This document shows, one piece after another, positions 1 to 13,370 of a stretch of DNA of 64,000 bases. Below the pieces are notes generated by a model that did not search any database, was not told the DNA's origin, and worked only from the letters and a program-made list of their open reading frames with translations. Where the stretch lies: the NCBI RefSeq assembly GCF_009914755.1, contig NC_060947.1; one strand, given 5' to 3'. The stretch is from the human T2T-CHM13v2.0 reference genome, Homo sapiens. Made by a program: the position numbers and the translations under genes. How positions within the stretch are numbered: position 1 is the stretch's first letter; each line of letters starts with the position of its first letter.

Positions 1-2176
1 CATGTGTCAAGGGCAGGGCCAGTTGGAGATAATTGAATCATTGGGAGTGTTTTCCCCCATACTGTTCTCTTGGCAGTAAATAAGTCTCACAAGATCTGAT
101 GGTTTTATAAGTGGGAGTTCCCTGCACAAGCTCTCTTGCCTGCTGCCATGTAAGACATCCCTTTGCTCTACCTTATTCTTCTGTCATGATTGTGAGGTTT
201 CCCCAGCCATGTGGAATTGTGAGTAGATTAACCCTCTTTCCTTTATAAATTATCAAGTCTCAGCTATGACCTTATTAGCAGCATGAGAAGAGACTAATAC
301 AGCAAATTGGCGCCAGGTAGTGGGGCACTGCTCTAAAGATACCTGAAATGTGGAAGCAACTTTGGAACAGGGTAACAGCCAGAGGTTGGAAATGTTGGGA
401 GGGCTCAGAAGAAGACAGGAAAATGTGGGAAAGTTTGGAACTTCCTAGAAACTTGTTGAATGGCTTTGACCAAAACGCTGATAGTGATATGGACAATGAA
501 GTCCAGGCTGAGATGGTCTCAGATGGAGATGAAGAACTTGTTGGGAACTGGAGTAAATGTGACTCTTGCTATGCAAACAGACTTGTGGACTTTAGCCCAT
601 GCCCTAGAGATCTGTGGAATTTTGAACTTAAGAGAGATGATTTAGGGTACCTAGTGCAAGAAATTTCTAAGCAGCAAATATTCAAGAGGTGACAGAGCAT
701 AAAAGTTTGGAAAATTTACACCCTGATGATGCAGTAGAAAAGAAAACCCATTTTCTGGGAAGAAATTCAAGCCAGCTGCAGAAATTCACAGAAGTAATAA
801 GGAGCCAAATGCTAATCATCAAAACAATGGGGAAAACCTTTACAGGGCATGTCAGAGACCTTCACAGCAGTCCCTCCTTTCACAGGCCTGGAGCCCTAGG
901 AGGAAAAAATGGTTTCCTGAGCAAGGCCCAGGGCCCTCTGCTCTATTCAGCCTCAGGACATGGTGCCCTGTGTCCCAGCTACTTCAGCTACAGCCGTGGC
1001 TAAAAGGGGTCACCATACAGCTCAAGCCATTGCTTCAGAGGGTGCGTGCCCCAAGCCTTGACAGCTTACACATGGTTTTGCACTTGTGGGTGCAGAGAAG
1101 TCAAGAATTGAGGTTTGGAAACATTCGCCTAGATTTCAGAGGATGTATGGAAATGCCTGGATGTCCAGGCAGAAGTTTGCTGCAGGGGCAGAGCCCTCAG
1201 GCAGAACCTCTGCTAGGGCAGTGTGGAAGGAAAATGTGGAGTTGGAGCCCCCACACAGATTTTCCACTGCCTAGTGGAGCTGTGAGAAGAGGGCCACCAT
1301 CCTCCAGACCACAGAATGGTAGATCCACTGACAGCTTGCACCATGCATCTGGAACAGCCACAGACACTCAATGTCAGCCCGTGAAAGCAGCCAGAAGGAG
1401 GGATGTACCCTGCAAAGCCACAGAGGTAGAGTTAACCAAGGCTGTGGGAACCCATCTCTTGCATCAGCATGCCCTGGACATGAGGTATGGAGTCAAAGGA
1501 GAACATTTTGGAGCTTTAAGATTTGACTGCCCCACTGGATTTTGGACTTGCATGAGGCATGTATCCCTTCGTTTTGTCCAATTTCTCCCATTTGGAACAG
1601 GTGTATTTACCCAATACCTGTATCCTCATTGTATCTAGGAAGTAACTAACTTGCTTTCGATTTTACAGGTTCATAGGCAGAAGGGACTTGCCTTGTCTCA
1701 GATGAGACTTTGAATTGTGGAATTTTGAGTTAATGCTGAAATGAGTTAAGACTTTGGGGGACTGTTGGGAAGGCATGATTGATTTTGAAATGTGAGGACA
1801 TGAAATTTAGGAGGGGCCAGGGGAGAATGATATAGTTTGGCTGTGTCCCCACCCAAATTTCACCTTGAATTGCAATAATCCCCATGTGTCAAGGGTGGGG
1901 CCAGGTAGAGATAATTGAATCACAGGGGTGGTTTCCCCCATACTGTTCTCATGTTAGTGAATAAATCTCACAAGATCTGATGGTTTTATAAATGGAAGGT
2001 CCCCTGCACAAGCTCTCTCGCCAGCCACTGTGTAAGAGGCCCCTTTGCTCTTCCTTTGTCTTCCACAATGATTGTGAGGTGTCCCCAGCCATGTGGACCT
2101 GTGAGTCCATTAAGTCTCTTTCCTTTATAAATTACCCAGTCTCAGGTATGTCTTTATTAGCATGAGAACTAATACA
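1..2176 (+). mobile_element. THE1 (THE1D-like) MaLR provirus: 5' LTR (truncated by window edge, 1-301), internal region (302-1827), 3' LTR (1828-2176)
   Basis: Two homologous LTRs (GAGATAATTGAATC...CACAAGATCTGATGGTTTTATAA...CTAATACA). The 3' LTR begins TGATATAGTTTGGCTGTGTCCCCACCCAAAT after a purine-rich tract (GAGGGGCCAGGGGAGAA). Internal ORF remnants (WESLELPRNLLNGFDQNADSDMDNEVQAE) are typical of THE1-int. Confidence 0.93.
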
Positions 2177-2247
2177 AGTGCTAAATAAAATGTCATTTCA
2201 GTTTCCATCTAAACTAAACATTTTTTTTACACTAATGAGTATCTTGA

Positions 2248-2552
<305 letters not shown>

Positions 2553-3027
2553 TAACTTTATTTTTCTTGCCACATTACAATCTTTTCAGGGATTTTTAAA
2601 ATTGGTGCTTTTAAGAAGCATATCCCAGGTTTTTATTAACTTCAGTGATGCCCTTACAGAAACTCTTAAATTTATTTGTGTGTATATATGTATTTTTTTT
2701 CTTATGCATCATTCATGCATTTTTGTCCTGAGAAAAACGTTCTTTACAGAAACTATCCATGTGTAAAAAGAATATTGGCTTAAAATGGCCACTGTGATGG
2801 GAACAGTGTCTTAGGGAGATGCAGCTTGGACTTGCAATAAATTTAATACTTTAAAAACCATTGTTTTGAGTTTGCTTTCATGCTATTATAAATAAAAGGT
2901 CACATGATTGCAACAATTTTATATTAATTATGGTTTTCTCAATAAATAAATTTACATTGTTGAATATTTTTAAAATCTAGATTTTAAAAATAAATATAAT
3001 TTAAAAGACCACTAAATTATGTGTATA

Positions 3028-3532
3028 CAGTTGACCCTTGAACAACATGAGTTTGAATTGTGCGGTTCCACTTATATGTGAATTTTTTTCAATAAAGGTT
3101 ACCACGAATGTGCCTGCCTCTCCTCCTTCTCCTTCCACCTCCTTCGCCTCTTCTGCTTCTCCCTTCCTCGAGACAGCAAAACCAACCCTCTTCTTTTCTT
3201 CCTCAGCTTTCTCAACGTGAAGATGATGAGGATGAAGACCTTTATGATGATCCGCTTCCAATAAATAAATAGTAAATATATTTTCTCTGCCTTATAATTT
3301 TCATAATAACATTTTATTTTCTCTGGCTTAGTTTATTGTAAGAATACAGTACACAATACATACAACATACAAAATATATGTTAATAAACTCTTTATTTTA
3401 GCTGTAAAGCTTCCAGTCAACAGGTCATCAGCGGGCTCTTATTTGTTAAGCTTTTGGGGAGCCAAAAGTATGCATGGATTTTTGACTGTGTGGAGAGTTG
3501 GTGCCACTAACTTTTGCATTAAGTGTCAACTG
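3028..3532. mobile_element. Tigger2-derived non-autonomous DNA transposon (Tigger2a/MER28-like)
   Basis: TA then TIR CAGTTGACCCTTGAACAAC; decayed reciprocal end ...AAGTGTCAACTG; internal GAAGATGATGAGGATGAAGACCTTTATGATGATCC. Confidence 0.85.
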
Positions 3533-4439
3533 TGTAGGAATACACATTGTTCTTTGAAACAAGTAATTTCCTGTGTCTTGGGTGTAACATATACCCATTG
3601 TGAGTATAATCAAAATATCTCTGGAGTTATCATAAGAACCTAAACTCCGAATGCACAAGGGCATATTTTATTTAGTTCCTGCCAATGGACACTTGTATCT
3701 GAAGCTAGAGAAACTTAACTAAAACAGAGGTAAACTTTAATCTTTGCACGTGCTCTTTTGGGAATCTCTCTCAGTTTAAAGATCAAGAAAAATAAGATAC
3801 TCATCATTTCAGAGTTTTTCTGGAAATAAATAAAAATTCAATAATCAAAACTTTATAAGATAATTTTACTCCCATTAACTTCATCCTTTCTAATAAACAA
3901 AAAAATTTAAAATTCCTCAGTATGAGTAACAACATGGAAAACATTAGTATATAAGTCTTAACTATTAGTAAAGATAGATATTTAACTGATCTCTGGTTTG
4001 GGAAAGACTTTCTAGGCAGAGAAATAGTACATAAAATTATAAAGTAATAGCTGATGAGAGAATATTTACAACCTTTTTGAAAAGTATCATATTTGCTAAT
4101 AATTTCACCCACTTGTAGGAATCTATCCTAAAGCAACAGATTGAAGTATAGCAAAGATTTAAGCACAAGGTGGCCAATTGCAGTAATATTTATGATCAAA
4201 AACAGATCTGCAATAACCATCGATATTGGAACCTTATATATTTATCTATAAAAATACATTAAAAAGAAATTTTTATTTGTATTAATAATATTTTTGATTT
4301 CATGTACAAATCAAGTCTCAAACCAATAGCCATCACTTAAAATTGACACTCAACATATGTGCTTCCTGCTGGACTTTGTTTAGACTTACAGTGCTTTTGA
4401 TATAACCGACATCATAAAATAAACAATGTATTTTTAAGT

Positions 4440-7080
4440 TTTAACATAACTTTTTACTCTAGAAAATACTTAGTCTTACAGAAAATTGACAAAGATAGTA
4501 CAGAGTTCCCTGTACTATCACAGAGTGCAACCAGTTTCTACTATTATTAATATTTCACATTGATATGACATGTTTATCACAATTAATAAGTAAATAATGG
4601 TACATTTTTATTAACTGAATTCCATATTTTATTCAAGTTTCTTTGGCTTTTACCTATTGGCTTTTTCTATTTTACATCCCATCCAAGATACCATACTACA
4701 TTTAGTCATCACTTAATGTTTTAGGCTTCTCTCGACTATGACAGTTTTCAGACTGCTTACTGTTTATGACATTGACAGTTTTTAGGAATACTGGCCAAGA
4801 ATTTTTTTATAATGCTCATCACTTAAAGTTTGTTTGATATTTTCTCTCATGGTTAGTGTGGGGACAGGATAATAGCCCTAAAATATTCACGTCCTAACTC
4901 TTGGAACCTTCAAAGATACCCTCATATGGCAAAAGTAAATTTGCAGTAGCGATTAATAATTTTGAGATGGGGACATTTTCCTGGCTTATTCAGGTGGGCC
5001 CTAAATGTAATCACAAGTGCCCCTATAAGAGGGAAGCAGAGAATTATTTGACTACAGAAGGGAAGGCATTGTGACAACAGGAAGAGACACTTGACTACCA
5101 GAACTGCAAAAGAATATGTCTCTTGTTTTTAGCCACTATGTGTGTGCTAATTTGTTACAGTACAAAAGGAGAATCAATATGATTAGACTGTAGTTATATA
5201 CTCTTGGTAGGAAGACTTTAGAGATAAAGTGCCACTTTTATCACAGAATATCAAGGAACTATGCCATCAATATGACTTATTATTATTGGTGTTAATCTTG
5301 ATCACCTGGCAGAGGTAGTTTTTGTCATGGTTCTCCACTGTAAAGGTACTCTTTTAACCCTCTTTCTGTAGTGAATTCTTTGGAAGGAAGTCACTATCTA
5401 CAACTTACATTTGAGTTAGCAACTGTTCTATCTTCCTTAGGGGATAGTATCTATGTAAATTATGTGGAATTCTTCTACAGGAAAGATTTGTCTTTTCTCT
5501 ACCATTTATTTCTCTAATCCTTTAATTTTATCAGCTTGAGCTTGTTGCTGTTTTATATTTTGGGTCATAATTCAACACTAATCTATTCTGTTGCTCAAAT
5601 TGATCCAGCTTTGGCCATTGGGAGCCCTTTCAGATGGTTACTCTATCTGTTTGATATACCCTCATCATTTTAAAATTTTCCCTTTTTTTAAGTACTTTCT
5701 TCCCTCCTTTCCATCACTACAAGATGCTCCGGCTCATGTTACATATTTCCTGCCTGGGTCCTAGTGTCAGAAATTTCCTCAAAGAGCACTGGAGGTTTTA
5801 TATTCCTTAGTGTAACCATCTGTAACCATAGTAAGCTAAACATGGGTTATACAGATGTCCCTGACTCTAGTGCATATCATACGTATCATTCTAGCCTACT
5901 CCCTTGCTTATCTGTACTCTCTCATTCCAACTGTAAGAAACCTGGCTCCCACCATCCAACATCCATTTGCTTAATTGTTAAATTTAAGTATACATATTTA
6001 GTGGTATAAGAACTTTTAACCCATACCCCTGTGGGAAAAAATATTACTAGCTGAAGTACAATACTTGAACATTTCCTTTTACCTTTACTCTTACTGACTT
6101 CAATTATTTCCAAAATTATTTAGGTCAGCACTTTTTCTCCCCACTCACTTCAGTGAATTAAGTTTCATACATTTGTTATAAACTTATTTTGTCACATTTT
6201 ACATTTAGTCCTGGAATCTCCTAACTGCTAATTTTTTAAAAATTTACGTATGTAAAGGTTCACACTTTTTGTGGTAATGCTCTATGAGCTTTGAAAAATG
6301 CAATAGTGTCATGTATTCGCCATTACTATATTTTACGGAATAGTTTTGCCACCCCAAAATTGTGTTGGGCTTCATTCATTAAAATCCTGCCACCCCAACC
6401 ATGGCAATTGCTGATTTTTTAATGTCTCTATAACTTTGCCTTTTCCTAAATGTCATGTAATTGAAGTCAGACAGCATGGTGTTTTCCAACTGGCTTCTTT
6501 TATTTAGAAATATGCAATTAAAATCCATCCATGTCCTTTCATGCCTTCCTCACTCATTTACTTTTATTGCTGAATAATATTTCATTGTATGGATGTACTA
6601 ATGTTTGTTTATCCATTTGCCTGAGGAAAAGCATCTTGATTTGTCAATTATAAATATATATGCATATAAGAGCATCTTGATTACTTCAATTATACATATA
6701 TATGTACACAAACAAAATATTGTACACATTGTATACAAAAAGTGTATACATACAAAATATGTATAAAAACACAAATTATATATAATAGTTAAGTTGATGT
6801 CTATGTGTGCATAAGCTTTCAGATCAGGTAGATAAATAACTCACAGTGTGATTAGTAGATCATATAAGATTATATTTAGTTTTTTGAGAAACTAACAAAC
6901 TATCTTCTAGTCGGGCAGTACCATTTTCCCTTCACACCAGCAATAAGTGAGAGTTCTCATTGCTCTGAGTCCTCTTGATGGAATTGGTATTTTCAGTTAT
7001 ATAGAAGATATCCATTCTAATAGGTATGTAGTTCTACCTCCTTTTTGCTTTAATTTATAGCTCCCTAATGAAAAAAAATC
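4440..7080 (-). mobile_element. Old L1M (L1MC/MD-like) 3' region, interrupted by an MLT1 LTR
   Basis: Antisense L1 3'UTR and ORF2-end motifs (TTACAGAAAATTGACAAAGATAGTACAGAGTTCCC; TTTATTGCTGAATAATATTTCATTGTATGGATGTAC; CACCAGCAATAAGTGAGAGTTCTC). Confidence 0.7.
4857..5181 (+). mobile_element. MLT1 (MLT1D-like) solo LTR with internal deletion
   Basis: CATATGGCAAAAGTAAATTTGCAG...GGTGGGCCCTAAATGTAATCACAAGTGCCCCTATAAGAGGGAAGCAGAG...TAGCCACTATG...TAATTTGTTACAG. Confidence 0.75.
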
Positions 7081-7094
7081 TTGAGTTTTTTTAA

Positions 7095-8618
7095 GAGATT
7101 TATTTTATTTCAATAGTTTTTGGGAAACAGGTGTTTTTCCGTTGCATGGATAAGTTCTTTAGTGGTGATTTGTGAAATTTTGGTGCACCCGTAATCACAT
7201 ATACACCCATAGCAAGCAGTGTACATGCTACCTGATGTGTAGCCTTTTATCCCTCACCCCCCTCCCATCCTTCCCCACGAGTCCCTAAAGTCCATTATAT
7301 CTTTCTTATGCCTTCGCATCCTCATAGCTTAGCTCCTACTTATAAGTGAGAGCATACTATATTTGGTTTTCCATTCCTGAGTTACTTCACTTATAATAAT
7401 GGTCTCCAACTCTATCCAGGTTGCTGCAAATGCCATTATTTCATCCCTTTTTATGGCTCAGTAGTTTTCCATGGTGTATATATATCATATTTTCTTTATC
7501 CACTCATTGATTGATGGTCATTTAGGTTCGTCCCATATTTTTTCAATTACAAAATGTCCTGCTAAAAATATGTGTGTGTAAGTGTCTTTTTTATATAATG
7601 ACTTCTTTTCCTTTGGGTAGATACCCAGTAGTGCGATAGCTGGAATGAGTGGCAGTTCGACTTTTAGTTCTTTAAGGAATCTCCATACTGTTTTCCATAG
7701 TAGTTGTACTAGTTTACATTCCTATCAGCAGTGCAAAAGTGTTACCTTTTCACCACATCCACACCAGCATCTATTCTTTTTTGATTTTTTAATTGTGGTC
7801 ATTCTTGTGGGAGTAAGGTGGTCCTACATTGTGGTTTTAATTTTCATTCCCTGATAATTATTGATGTTGAGCATTTTCTCATATGTACATTTGCCATTTG
7901 TGTATCTTCTTTTGAGAATTGTCTATTTATGTCCCTTGTCCACTTTTTGATGGGATTATTAAGAGGGTTTTTTTAAAATAATTTGTTTGAGTTCCTTGCA
8001 GATTCTGGATATTAGTCCTTTGTTGGATGCATAGTTTGCAAATATTTTCTCCCACTCTGTGGGTTGTCTGTCTACTCTGCTAGTTATTTATTTTGTTGTT
8101 CAGAAGTTTCTTAGTTTATTTATGTACCATTTACTTATGTTTGCTTTTGTTGCATTTGCTTTTGTGTTCTTGGTCATGAATTATTTGCCTAAGCCAATGT
8201 CTAGAAGAGTTTTTCTGATGTTATCTTTTACATTTTTTATGGTTTCAGGTCTTAGATTTAAGTCTTTGATCTCTCTCGAGTTGATTTTTGTATAAGGTGG
8301 GAGAAGAGGATCCGGTTTCATTCTTCTAAGTGTGGCTTACCAATTATTCCAGCACCCTATTTGTTGAATAGGGTGTTGCTTCCCCAATTTACACTTTTGT
8401 GTACTTTGTCTAAGATAAGTTGGCCATAACTATTTGGCTTCATTTTTGGATTCTCTATTCTGTTCCATTGGTCTATGTCCCTACCTTTATACCAGTACCA
8501 TGCTGCTTTGGTAACTATAGCCTTGTATTATAGTTCAAAGTCAGGTAATGTGATGACTCCACATTTGTTCTTTTTGTTTAGTATTGCTTTGGCTATGTAA
8601 GCTGCTTTTTGTTTTCAT
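7095..8618 (-). mobile_element. L1PB-like LINE 3' fragment (3'UTR plus ORF2 C-terminus)
   Basis: TTTCAATAGTTTTTGGGAAACAGGTG...GATAAGTTCTTTAGTGGTGATTT matches the L1PB 3' end; the sequence continues into antisense ORF2 (ATACCAGTACCATGCTGCTTTGGTAACTATAGCCTTGTA). Confidence 0.85.
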
Positions 8619-8861
8619 GTGGCACAATCTCGGCTCACTGCAAGCTCCGCCTTCCAGGTTCATGCCATTCTCCTGCCTCAGCCTCCTGAGTAGCTGGGAC
8701 TACAGGCACCCGCTACCATGCCCGGCTAATTTTTTGTATTTTTAGTAGAGACGGGGTTTCACCGTGTTAGCCAGGATGGTCTTGATCTCCTGACCTTGTG
8801 ATCCGCCCGCCTTGGCCTTCCGAAGTGCTGGGATTACAGGCATGAGCCACCGCGCCCGGCC
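8619..8861 (-). mobile_element. AluY lacking its 3' end and poly(A) tail
   Basis: CTCACTGCAAGCTCCGCC...GCCATTCTCC...CACCGTGTTAGCCAGGATGGTC...CACCGCGCCCGGCC (AluY diagnostics). It starts abruptly at GTGGCACAATCTCGG. Confidence 0.93.
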
Positions 8862-8879
8862 AAAGATTAACATTTTTTA

Positions 8880-9300
8880 AACTCATGGATCATGCTTCTG
8901 GCATTGTATCTAAAAACACCATGTCTAATCAAAGGTCAATAGATTCTCACCTATGCTTTCTCCTAGAAGTTTTATGATTTTGTATTTGAATTTAGAATTA
9001 TATTTTGAGTTAATTTCATGAAAGGTATAAGGCCTCAGTCTAGGTTCAATTTTTGTTTGTTTTGTGTGTGGGGTTTTTTTTTTTTTTTTGCTTATTTTTT
9101 TGAAAAACTATCAGTTCTCCATTGAATTGCTCTTGCTCTTTTGTCAAAATAAGGTGGCTATGTATGTGTACTCCTATATCTGGGTTCTCTATTCTGTTCT
9201 ATTAATTTATGTGACTATTCTTTTATTAATAAAAAACTGTCTTGATTACTGTGTTTTTATATTAAGTCTTGGTATACAGTAGTATGTCCTCCAATTTTTG
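8880..9300 (-). mobile_element. Old L1M ORF2 fragment
   Basis: Antisense ORF2 motifs (ATGCTTTTCTCCTAGAAGTTTTATG; TGGGTTCTCTATTCTGTTCTATTAAT; CTGTCTTGATTACTGTG). Confidence 0.7.
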
Positions 9301-9939
9301 ATGTTATTATAGCATTTTATTTAAAAAATAACCAAAATTTCAAGAGTAAAATATGATTAGGCAGATTATACTGTTCTCTGTAAGAATATCAATTCTTAGT
9401 ATGACAGATTTACATTTCCCATGATGGTAACAGAAATGGCCTTATACTCTACAGATGAAGCAGTAGCAGGTTGAGGATGGTAGATTATGCATCTGTTCTG
9501 GATATGTTAAATTTGAAGTGCCCAAGGGGAGATAGGCCAATGCGCAGTAGGAGTTACAGCTTTAAAGCTCCAGAAAAAGATGTGATTAAGAAAAGCTGGA
9601 ATAAGTTCTCTTTTCATGCAAATTTCAAAGTGCTACCTTTATGTCTTTGTTCTGTAATATGTAGGTGGCAGGCTTCAAGACAGGGTTGACAACAAAGTCA
9701 ACAATGAACATATTTTTATCAAGTGATGGTGGCAAAGTAGGCCAAACATAGAGAACTACGCATGGAGTGAAAAATAGAGAAACAACAGGGATGAAAATGA
9801 ACAAAATGATAAGAGCACTGGATAAGTTTCCTGAAGAATGTTTTTAAATGTTAACTAAAATGAATGTGACCATTATCATGAAGTGATGGTTTGGAGAAAT
9901 AATAAATGCAAACTTCTATCCAACTATGCAGGCAAGTAT

Positions 9940-12900
9940 TTCTTATTGTGGTAACAACACTAAACATAAGATTTATGCTCTTAACAAATTATTCATTGCA
10001 CAATACAGTATAGTTAAGTATAGGCAGTATGTGGCACAGGAGATCCCTAGAACTTATTTGTTTTGCATAATTGAAACTTTATACCCATTGAACAACTTCC
10101 CATTTTCCTTTCTCAACAGCACTGGCAACTAACTTTTTCTCTCTGCTTCCATAAATTTGACCCTTTTAAATACCTCATATAAGTGGAAATCATGTAATAT
10201 TTGTCCATTTGTGACTAGCTTATTTCTTTGGTATAATTTTCTCAAGGTTTATTCCCCCTGTTGCATATGACAATGTTTCCTTTATTTAATGTGGAATAAC
10301 ATTCCATTGTAGTTGTTTTAGTCTGTTGCCTGTTGCTACAACAGAATACCTGTGAGTGGATAACTTATTTTAAAAAGGTATTTATTACAATTAGAGGCTG
10401 GCATGACCAAAAGCATGGCACTAGCATCTGATGATGGCCTTCTGCAGCATCATAACATGGTGAAAGACATGACATTGTGAGAAGGCAAGAGTATGCCAGT
10501 TCAGGTCTCTCTCCCACTTCTTATAAAGCCAACAGCCCCATCATGGGGGCCTCACACCAATGACCCTATCTCATCATAATTAACTCTCAAAGGCCCCACC
10601 TCTACTCAACATGTTAATTTGGGGATTGAGCTTATAACACATGAAATTTGGGGACACATTCAGACCATAGCAGTATGTATGTACCATATTTTCTTTATTC
10701 ATTCATCTATTGATTGATATATAGTTTAGATATTTTAACTACTATGAATAATGCTGCAATGAAGATGGAAGTTGAGCTCTTTTCAACATCCTAATTTTTA
10801 ATTATTTTTACCAGTATTGAAATGACTGAAACATAGAGTTGTTTTATTTTAGTGTTTTGAGTTACCTCCACAATGTTTTCCTAGCAGTTTCTTCATTTTC
10901 CATTCCCACCAACAGTGCATAAGTGTTCCAGTTTATTAACACATTATTTTCTGGTTTCGTTTTGATTTTATTGTTTTTAAATTATGGCCATTCTAACAAG
11001 TGAGAGGTGGTACCTCGTTGTGGTTTTGGTTTGTATTTCCGTGATAGTTATTAATGTTAAACATCTTTTCATATATATATTGGCCATTTGTATGTCTTCA
11101 TTGGAGAAATGTATATTTAAGTTATTTATTCATGTTTTAATCATGTCAGTTTTTTAGCTACTTAGTTGTAGGGGTTTCAAAAAATATTTTAAAAATTAAA
11201 ACCTTAATATATATATAATTTACAAATATTTTATCACTTTTCATAGGTTGCTATTTCACTCTGTTGATTTTATTCTTTGCTGCATAGAAGCTTTTTAAAT
11301 TGATATAGTCCCACTTGTCTATTTTTTTTTTGTTGCTTGTATTTTTGGTGTCATGGTCAAGAAATCATTGCCAAGACCAATGTCACAAAGATCTTCTCTT
11401 ATGTTTTCTACTAGGAATTTTACAGTTTCAGGACTTACATTTAATTCTTTAATACATTCTGGGTTGATTTTTATGTATGGAGTAAGATAATGGTTCAATT
11501 TCATTCTTTTCTATGTGGATACCCAGCTATCCCAGCAATATTTGAAGAGACTATACTTTCTCTATTTTGTGTTCTTGTCACCATTGTCAAAGGTCAGTTA
11601 ATCCTATGTGAGTAGGTTTATTTCTGGGATTTATATTCTGTTCCATTATTCCATATGTGTTTTTGTGTCAGTGAAATATTGCTATAATTATCATAGCTTT
11701 GTAATATATTTTGACATCAAAGCATGCTGCCTCTGGCTTTGTTCCTCATCTCCTAATTTCTTTGGCTGTTTGGAGTGTTTGTAGTTCCATATGAATTTTG
11801 GGCTTCATTTTCTATTTCTGTAAAATAAAATCTACTAGGATCTGGTAGGGATTACATTGAATCTAGAGATCACTTGGGGTGTATGGACATTTTAATAATA
11901 CTAACTCTTCCCACCCATGTACATGAATATCTTTACATTTACTTGTTCATTCTTTAATTTATTTGAGCAATGTTTTGTAATTTCATTTTACAAGTGTTTA
12001 CATTTTACAAATTTCTGTTTTACATTTTACAAATTTATTCTTAATTATGTTTCATGCTATTGTAAATGTGACTGTTAATTTACTTTTCAGATAGTTCACT
12101 GTTAGCATGTAGAAATACAACTGATTTTTGTATGTTGATGTATTATCCTGCAATTTGCTGAATTTGTTTATTAGATCTAATAGTTTTTTGTGGAGTATTT
12201 AGGGTTTTATGCGTTTAAGACCATATACTCTGTGAAAAGGGACAACTTAACTTCTCCCTTTCCATTTCGCATGCCTTTTATTTTATTTTCTTGCCCATTT
12301 ATTCTGGCTACAACTTCCAGTATGATATTCAATAGAAGTGGTGTGAATTTGTGTCTTTGTTCCTGATCTTAGACCAAAAAAAAAAAAAAACTTTTAGTTT
12401 TTGAATACTATGTGTGTTGTTAGATGTAAGATTATAGGTTGTGGCAATTTTTTTTTCTATAAATAGTTTGTTGAGAGATTTTTGTAATGAAAAGGTTATT
12501 GAATTTTATCACATGCTTTTTCTGTATCTATGGAGATGATCCTGTGGTATTTTTATCTTTACTTTTGTTAATGGGTTGTATCACATTAATTGCTTAGATA
12601 TTTTTTGAAACATCATTTTATCTCAGAATTAAATCACACTTTGTCTGATCCATGATCTTTTCAATGGGCTATTCAATTTGGAGTACTAGCATTGTGTCAA
12701 GAATTTTTGCATCTATCTACATCAAGAATATCGGCCCTGTAATTTTTTTTCTCATATTTATGTGTTTGGCTTTGGTCTCAGAGTAATCCTGGCCTTATAA
12801 AATGAGGTTGGAAGTGCTCTTTTTGCTTCATTTGGTTTTGGAAGAGTTTAAGATAAATTAGTGTTAATTCCTCTTTAAATGTTTGGTAGAATTCACCAGT

Positions 12901-13200
12901 GAAGCCATCTAGTCCTGGGCTCTTTTTGTTGTCGGGGGTTTTCTGATTGATAACTCAAAATGTTATCTGTTATTGATTTGTTCATGTTTTTCATTTCTTC
13001 ATGATTAAGTTTTGGTAACATGTATGTTTATAGGAAATCGTTGATTTTGTCTAGCTTATGCAGTTTGTTGGCATAGAGTTTATAGTAGTCTCTTGTAATC
13101 ATTTTTCATCTGATTTCATTTATTTGATTCTTTTTTTTTAGTACACCTAGCTAAGTGTTTATAAATTTTGTTTACTTTTTCAAAAAAACTTTTCATTTTG
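9940..13200 (-). mobile_element. L1MA/L1MB LINE 3' portion (~2.9 kb), interrupted by an MST LTR
   Basis: L1MA9/MB-like 3' end (CATAAGATTTATGCTCTTAACAAAT...CCTAGAACTTATT), then a long antisense ORF2 stretch. ORF 11319-11504 (LNHYLTPYIKINPECIKELNVSPETVKFLVENI) is L1 ORF2; GAATTCACCAGTGAAGCCATCTAGTCCTGGGC is also present. Confidence 0.85.
10314..10672 (-). mobile_element. MST (MSTC/MSTD-like) MaLR solo LTR
   Basis: TGTTTTAGTCTGTTGCCTGTTGCTACAACAGAATACC...AAAGGCCCCACCTCT...GGGGACACATTCAGACCATAGCA. Confidence 0.8.
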
Positions 13201-13204
13201 TTGA

Positions 13205-13370
13205 AAATGGAGGATGGAGGGATGGGAAAGTTAAAAGCTACCTATTGGGTACTGTGCTGACTACCTTGGTGATGGGATCCGCACTCTGAACCTCAGCATC
13301 CTGCAATACTCCCATGTAACATATTTTGTACATGTATGCCCTGTATCTAAACTAAAAACTGAAATTAAAA
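13205..13370 (+). mobile_element. L1PA16/L1PB-like 3' terminal fragment
   Basis: CTACCTATTGGGTACTGTGCTGACTACCTTGGTGATGGGATC...AACCTCAGCATC...CCCATGTAAC...A-rich end. Confidence 0.75.

Noticed and set aside
970-1638. 222-aa ORF as a novel gene
   Set aside because: It lies wholly within THE1 internal sequence and mixes frames of the decayed MaLR ORF.
2580-2960. AT-rich segment with several AATAAA resembling a processed-pseudogene 3'UTR
   Set aside because: No recognisable parent, poly(A) tail or TSD; cannot be supported without a search.
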